Notes under the pieces: generated by a model | The model's input: the letters and a program-made list of their open reading frames with translations, nothing else | Database searches by the model: none | What the model was told of the DNA's origin: nothing | Made by a program: the position numbers and the translations under genes | Sequence record: DRR378314_1779 | DNA: 64,000 nucleotides | Direction: 5' to 3' (one strand) | Shown here: positions 60,255 to 64,000 of the stretch, piece by piece | How positions within the stretch are numbered: position 1 is the first letter of the stretch | Layout of the letters: each line of letters starts with the position of its first letter

Positions 60255-61145
60255 TTAGTCGAAACGAACTGACCCTTCCAGTTTCAGTGAACTGTGATCT
60301 GCGCTGCGTACTTCATATTTGGTTTTATCACCTTGCTCTGACGCCCATAGCTGCACCCGTGCGGGTAGAATAACCGGACGCTTAAAGGTGACATCAATAT
60401 AAGTTACAGGTTTTTGCTGACGTTGTTCGAGCTCAGCCTGAGCTCTTGCCATCATATACATGCCATGAATAATTGGTTTATCAAAGCCAAACCAGCGTGA
60501 CACCAGCGGATGCAAATGAATGGGGTTAAAATCGCCGGAAATGCGCGCATAGCGTCTGCCCATACCGCTGCCTAATTGCCAGTGACTGAGATTTTCCCAG
60601 CCGGCTTCCGGCTCAAATGTTTTTATGGGAGTTGCCGATTTCTTCGTTGACCCGGTGTTTTGTCCGCTCATCACCTGATAAACGCTGGAGCATGTTGCGA
60701 CTTTCTCACTATTTTGCCAGAACTCAACTACAAACTGAGGCCGCAGTCGGCGCGGAGAAACATCAGGACCCCGTTTAGGAACTTTCACTTTGGAGACCAG
60801 TTGAAAAGGCACTTGCGCAGAAATAACCTGATGGCGTTCAATTTTATTACTGACATGAACCAGACCAGGCGCAGGCCAGGGAAAGCTGTCATCAAGCATT
60901 TGCGACAAATGAGCTCGTTGCGCAATGCAATACAGCATGGCTAAAGGAACGTCACTCACAAAACCACCGAACGACTGTTGATAGCGGTTCAGATGCTTAG
61001 CGGTTGGCGCAGGAATAGAATATTCCTTAAGCAAAGTCTCGGACTCAGCTTCTGATTCATCGCTGCGCTGTAGCGTTAGTAAAGAACGCAGTAACATGCT
61101 GGGCATGGGGGCTAGCTTCTGAGGGCCTGTTTCAACACGTTCCAT
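60255..61145 (-). CDS. MaoC-like acyl dehydratase
   Basis: GLVHVSN, YARISGDFNPIH, IIHGM and FKRPV hot-dog fold motifs. Confidence 0.88.
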   Translation of the reverse strand: MERVETGPQKLAPMPSMLLRSLLTLQRSDESEAESETLLKEYSIPAPTAKHLNRYQQSFGGFVSDVPLAMLYCIAQRAHLSQMLDDSFPWPAPGLVHVSNKIERHQVISAQVPFQLVSKVKVPKRGPDVSPRRLRPQFVVEFWQNSEKVATCSSVYQVMSGQNTGSTKKSATPIKTFEPEAGWENLSHWQLGSGMGRRYARISGDFNPIHLHPLVSRWFGFDKPIIHGMYMMARAQAELEQRQQKPVTYIDVTFKRPVILPARVQLWASEQGDKTKYEVRSADHSSLKLEGSVRFD

Positions 61146-61218
61146 AGTGATCGTTAAACTCCATATTGACGATATGGCTATTCTCGCACATGTCTCCTGT
61201 TATCAACAGTCCGACCAC

Positions 61219-61242
61219 TAAAAAGCCGCTCCGAAGAGCGGC
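61219..61242 (-). terminator. Intrinsic terminator after the BCCT transporter
   Basis: Minus strand reads GCCGCTC-TTCG-GAGCGGC-TTTTT. Confidence 0.85.
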
Positions 61243-61257
61243 ATATTTACTTTAATT

Positions 61258-63300
61258 TTACTTTTGCGATTCCAGATCATCGTTAAGATCTTCATCATGT
61301 TTTTCAAGATCCCAGGGCAGAACTCCGGGACTGTTATGACGAAAATGAAGATAGTTTTCAAACTGATTAATCACATCATTAATGATATCGGTCTGCTCGT
61401 AACCATAGAGATCATAAGACTGACCACCTTGTCTGAGAAACACCTCAGCCCGATAGTAAACTTCTCTGTTTTTATCGTTGGTTAAAGCGAATTCAGGCAA
61501 CAGATAGTCTTTTAAACGAATTTCGTAAGCAAATTCTAAATCGCCTTTTCGTTCAACACTGAGAATAATACGGTTATGTTCTTCGTCAGTTTTGAACTCT
61601 GCCGGCCAGTCCTGATCTCTTAACTCGTCCCGGACTTTTTTCATACTTTTTGTTGCAGGCCCGTTGATGAACTCAAGTACCTTCTCTTTCTTTGGAAAGT
61701 CGACCAGACCCGCCAGACGTTTTTTCCAGTAGTCGGCTCCCTCATTGACTCCGCGACGATGAGAATGGCGATGACTTTGAAGACTATTGGACTGGTGTCC
61801 TTCTATGATAAGTGCGCGCCACATGCCTGCCGCGGATATTAAAATAATAATCGCAAATGGCAAGGCGCTGGTAATAGCGGCAGTTTGCAGAGCGTCTAGA
61901 CCGCCGGCTACCAGTAGGACAGAGGCAACAATGCCTTCGGTGCTTGCCCAAAAAACACGTTGCCAGATAGGTGTTTCCATCATGCCGCCAGAGGACAACG
62001 AATCAATAACTAACGAGCCAGAATCCGATGACGTTACGAAAAAGGTGATGATGAGTAATACTGTCAGGAAGCTCAAGATACTGGTCATAGGCAGGTTTTC
62101 GTAGAGCTTAAATAGTGCTATTGCCTGGTTATCCTGAACTTCTGAAATTAAGGTGGTGTAACCCTCGTTCATGATCATATTTAGTGCTGTGTCACCGAAT
62201 ACAGCAAACCAGAAGAAGGTGAATATAGTTGGTACCAGCATAACGCCAAAAACAAATTGGCGAATAGTGCGGCCGCGGCTGATTTTGGCAATAAATAAGC
62301 CGACAAAAGGTGCCCAGGCGATAGTCCAGCCAAATATGAATAAAGTCCAGTTACCTATCCAGTCACTGCGCTCATAGGCTTGTAAGTTGAAAGTGCGCTC
62401 GACAATGCCACTCAAATACGCGCCAGTATTTTGCAGGAAGGTTTCCAGAATATGGATAGTAGGCCCAACAGCAAAAACAAACAGAACCAGGAACAGGACT
62501 AAAGCTATATTGATCAAAGATAATCGTTTAATTCCTTTATCCATGCCTGCAACTACTGAAGCAATTGCGGCCAAGGTAATAATGCCAATAGCGATAACCT
62601 GAACCGTGGTTCCGACCGGAATGTCTTCCCACAAATAGTTGAGACCGGCATTAATTTGAATAACCGAAAGCCCTAACGTGGTGGCAATGCCGAACATGGT
62701 GCCGAGAATGGCGAAGGTATCAATAGTATGCCCAATGGGGCCATTAATTTTATCACCGATGAGTGGGTACAAGGTTGAGCGCATGGTGAGCGGTAAGCCG
62801 TGGCGAAATGAAAAATAGGCCAGAACCAAACCGACCAGGCCGTAAATTGCCCAAATGTGAAAGCCCCAGTGAAAATAAGCGATTTGCATCGCCTGTTTAG
62901 CTGAGCCGACGGTTTCAGCCGCACCAGCCGGGGGCTCGGCATAATGTAGTATGGGCTCAGAGACACCAAAAAAGAGTAAGGCTATGCCATAACCTGCTGA
63001 AAAGAGCATCGCAAACCAAGAGGTGAAACTGTATTCGGGTTCGCAATGATCGGGGCCGAGTTTAATTTTCCCCCAGCTTGAAACACCCACGCCAATAATG
63101 AACATGAGGAAAAGTGCGACGGCTAACATGTAGAACCAACCGAAATTTTCGGTAATACCAGCAAGAGTCCAGCTAAACAGCTCGCCGGCTTTTTCCGGGG
63201 CACTTAAAGTGCCTACAACCAGTAAAGCTATAACGATAACCGCAGGAAGAAAGACAGGCAGTAAAATCGCTGAATGCCACTTTCGCTTCTCGGTCGACAT
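61258..63300 (-). CDS. betT: BCCT family transporter (BetT-like, long C-terminal domain)
   Basis: SWFAMLFSAG, FHWGFHIWAIY, WTLFIFGWTIAWAPFVG, ISRGRTIRQF and TSSDSGS; BetT-type tail YYRAEVFL..GGQ.YD. Confidence 0.85.
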   Translation of the reverse strand: MSTEKRKWHSAILLPVFLPAVIVIALLVVGTLSAPEKAGELFSWTLAGITENFGWFYMLAVALFLMFIIGVGVSSWGKIKLGPDHCEPEYSFTSWFAMLFSAGYGIALLFFGVSEPILHYAEPPAGAAETVGSAKQAMQIAYFHWGFHIWAIYGLVGLVLAYFSFRHGLPLTMRSTLYPLIGDKINGPIGHTIDTFAILGTMFGIATTLGLSVIQINAGLNYLWEDIPVGTTVQVIAIGIITLAAIASVVAGMDKGIKRLSLINIALVLFLVLFVFAVGPTIHILETFLQNTGAYLSGIVERTFNLQAYERSDWIGNWTLFIFGWTIAWAPFVGLFIAKISRGRTIRQFVFGVMLVPTIFTFFWFAVFGDTALNMIMNEGYTTLISEVQDNQAIALFKLYENLPMTSILSFLTVLLIITFFVTSSDSGSLVIDSLSSGGMMETPIWQRVFWASTEGIVASVLLVAGGLDALQTAAITSALPFAIIILISAAGMWRALIIEGHQSNSLQSHRHSHRRGVNEGADYWKKRLAGLVDFPKKEKVLEFINGPATKSMKKVRDELRDQDWPAEFKTDEEHNRIILSVERKGDLEFAYEIRLKDYLLPEFALTNDKNREVYYRAEVFLRQGGQSYDLYGYEQTDIINDVINQFENYLHFRHNSPGVLPWDLEKHDEDLNDDLESQK

Positions 63301-63451
63301 AAAAGCTCCTGTTTTTATTATGATTTATTTATATATAGACTACTTAAAAAGATTTGTAATGGGTCACTTTGCATTTATTTGCTGTTTAGTTTCTGGTCTG
63401 TGAGTTAATATTGCGGCGTATGTTTATCGATAATGAGTTATGTTGCAATTT

Positions 63452-64000
63452 ATGGATCATGAGAAACAACTGGTTAATCTTGAACATTTAGCAAACTCGG
63501 TACCGGGGGCGCTATACCAGCTTGAACGCTCACCGGACGGGCAATTGAAATTTAATTATGTCAGTCAGGGCGTTGAGGCTATTTTTGGATGCTCGGCTGA
63601 GTCACTGGCAAATGACGTGACATTGCTGAGTGAAATTATTCATCCCGACGACTTACAATCTGTTTTGAGCAGTATGCATAACTCTGCCCGCTATCAATAT
63701 TTGTGGGTGAAAGAGTATCGGGTGATTAAAAATGGCAGAGTTAGCTGGATATATGGGCACGCAGTAACCAGTCAACAGGCCGACGGCAGTACGCTCTGGA
63801 ATGGACAGATGCTGGACATTACTGAGAGAAAAATGCTGGAGCTGAAAGTTGAAGAAAACCAGCGCAATTTAATGCTTGCTGAGCGAGTTGCCGGGCTCGG
63901 GCATTGGCAGCTTGATTTAGAAACCGGGCAGTCGCAGTGGTCGGATACCATGTACAGTTTACATGGTTTGGACAAGTCCAGGGTAACGCCCTCATTAGCC
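63452..64000 (+). CDS. PAS-domain signalling protein, 5' part (runs off window)
   Basis: Manual translation MDHEKQLVNLEHLANSVPGALYQL...YVSQG...IHPDD...WNG..LDITERK, then a second PAS start AGLGHWQLD; alternative start ATG 63440. Confidence 0.85.
   Translation, partial: MDHEKQLVNLEHLANSVPGALYQLERSPDGQLKFNYVSQGVEAIFGCSAESLANDVTLLSEIIHPDDLQSVLSSMHNSARYQYLWVKEYRVIKNGRVSWIYGHAVTSQQADGSTLWNGQMLDITERKMLELKVEENQRNLMLAERVAGLGHWQLDLETGQSQWSDTMYSLHGLDKSRVTPSLA

Noticed and set aside
63301-63451. BetI operator or sigma28 promoter in the betT-PAS intergenic region
   Set aside because: Only weak partial matches in AT-rich DNA; not distinguishable from chance.

Overview
A 64 kb chromosomal window from a marine Gammaproteobacterium. 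Gene content and style suggest Alteromonadales, most likely Idiomarina, but this is inference. It opens with a housekeeping block: typA 5' end, glnA-ntrBC with a sigma54 promoter and NtrC sites, cpxRA, pldB, fieF, trmL, pyrE-rph, smrA and yicC. Downstream of yicC lies an accessory-looking stretch: a DEDDh exonuclease, a DUF2975/HTH operon with three serine hydrolases, a discoidin/di-heme lipoprotein, an MCP and a Na/Ca antiporter. The rest holds three diguanylate cyclases, yhiI-rbbA-yhhJ, a poly-gamma-glutamate pgsB-pgsC-pgsW operon, an APC permease plus ATP-grasp ligase pair, a Fur-boxed TonB receptor, nsrR and betT. I saw no rRNA, tRNA, CRISPR array, integrase or transposase. The best leads are: (1) a secreted cyanophycinase-like protein with its catalytic Ser and His both replaced; (2) a ~160-nt branched palindromic element behind pyrE whose minus-strand loops match CsrA-binding motifs, next to a GTAG-REP doublet that supplies the pyrE stop codon; (3) a Gram-negative pgsBCW operon with no capA/capD; (4) a membrane-anchored ECF sigma factor coupled to a secreted hydrolase; (5) the DUF2975-HTH-triple serine hydrolase operon; (6) the stand-alone discoidin-DHOR lipoprotein. 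All family calls come from motif recognition by eye; no searches were run.
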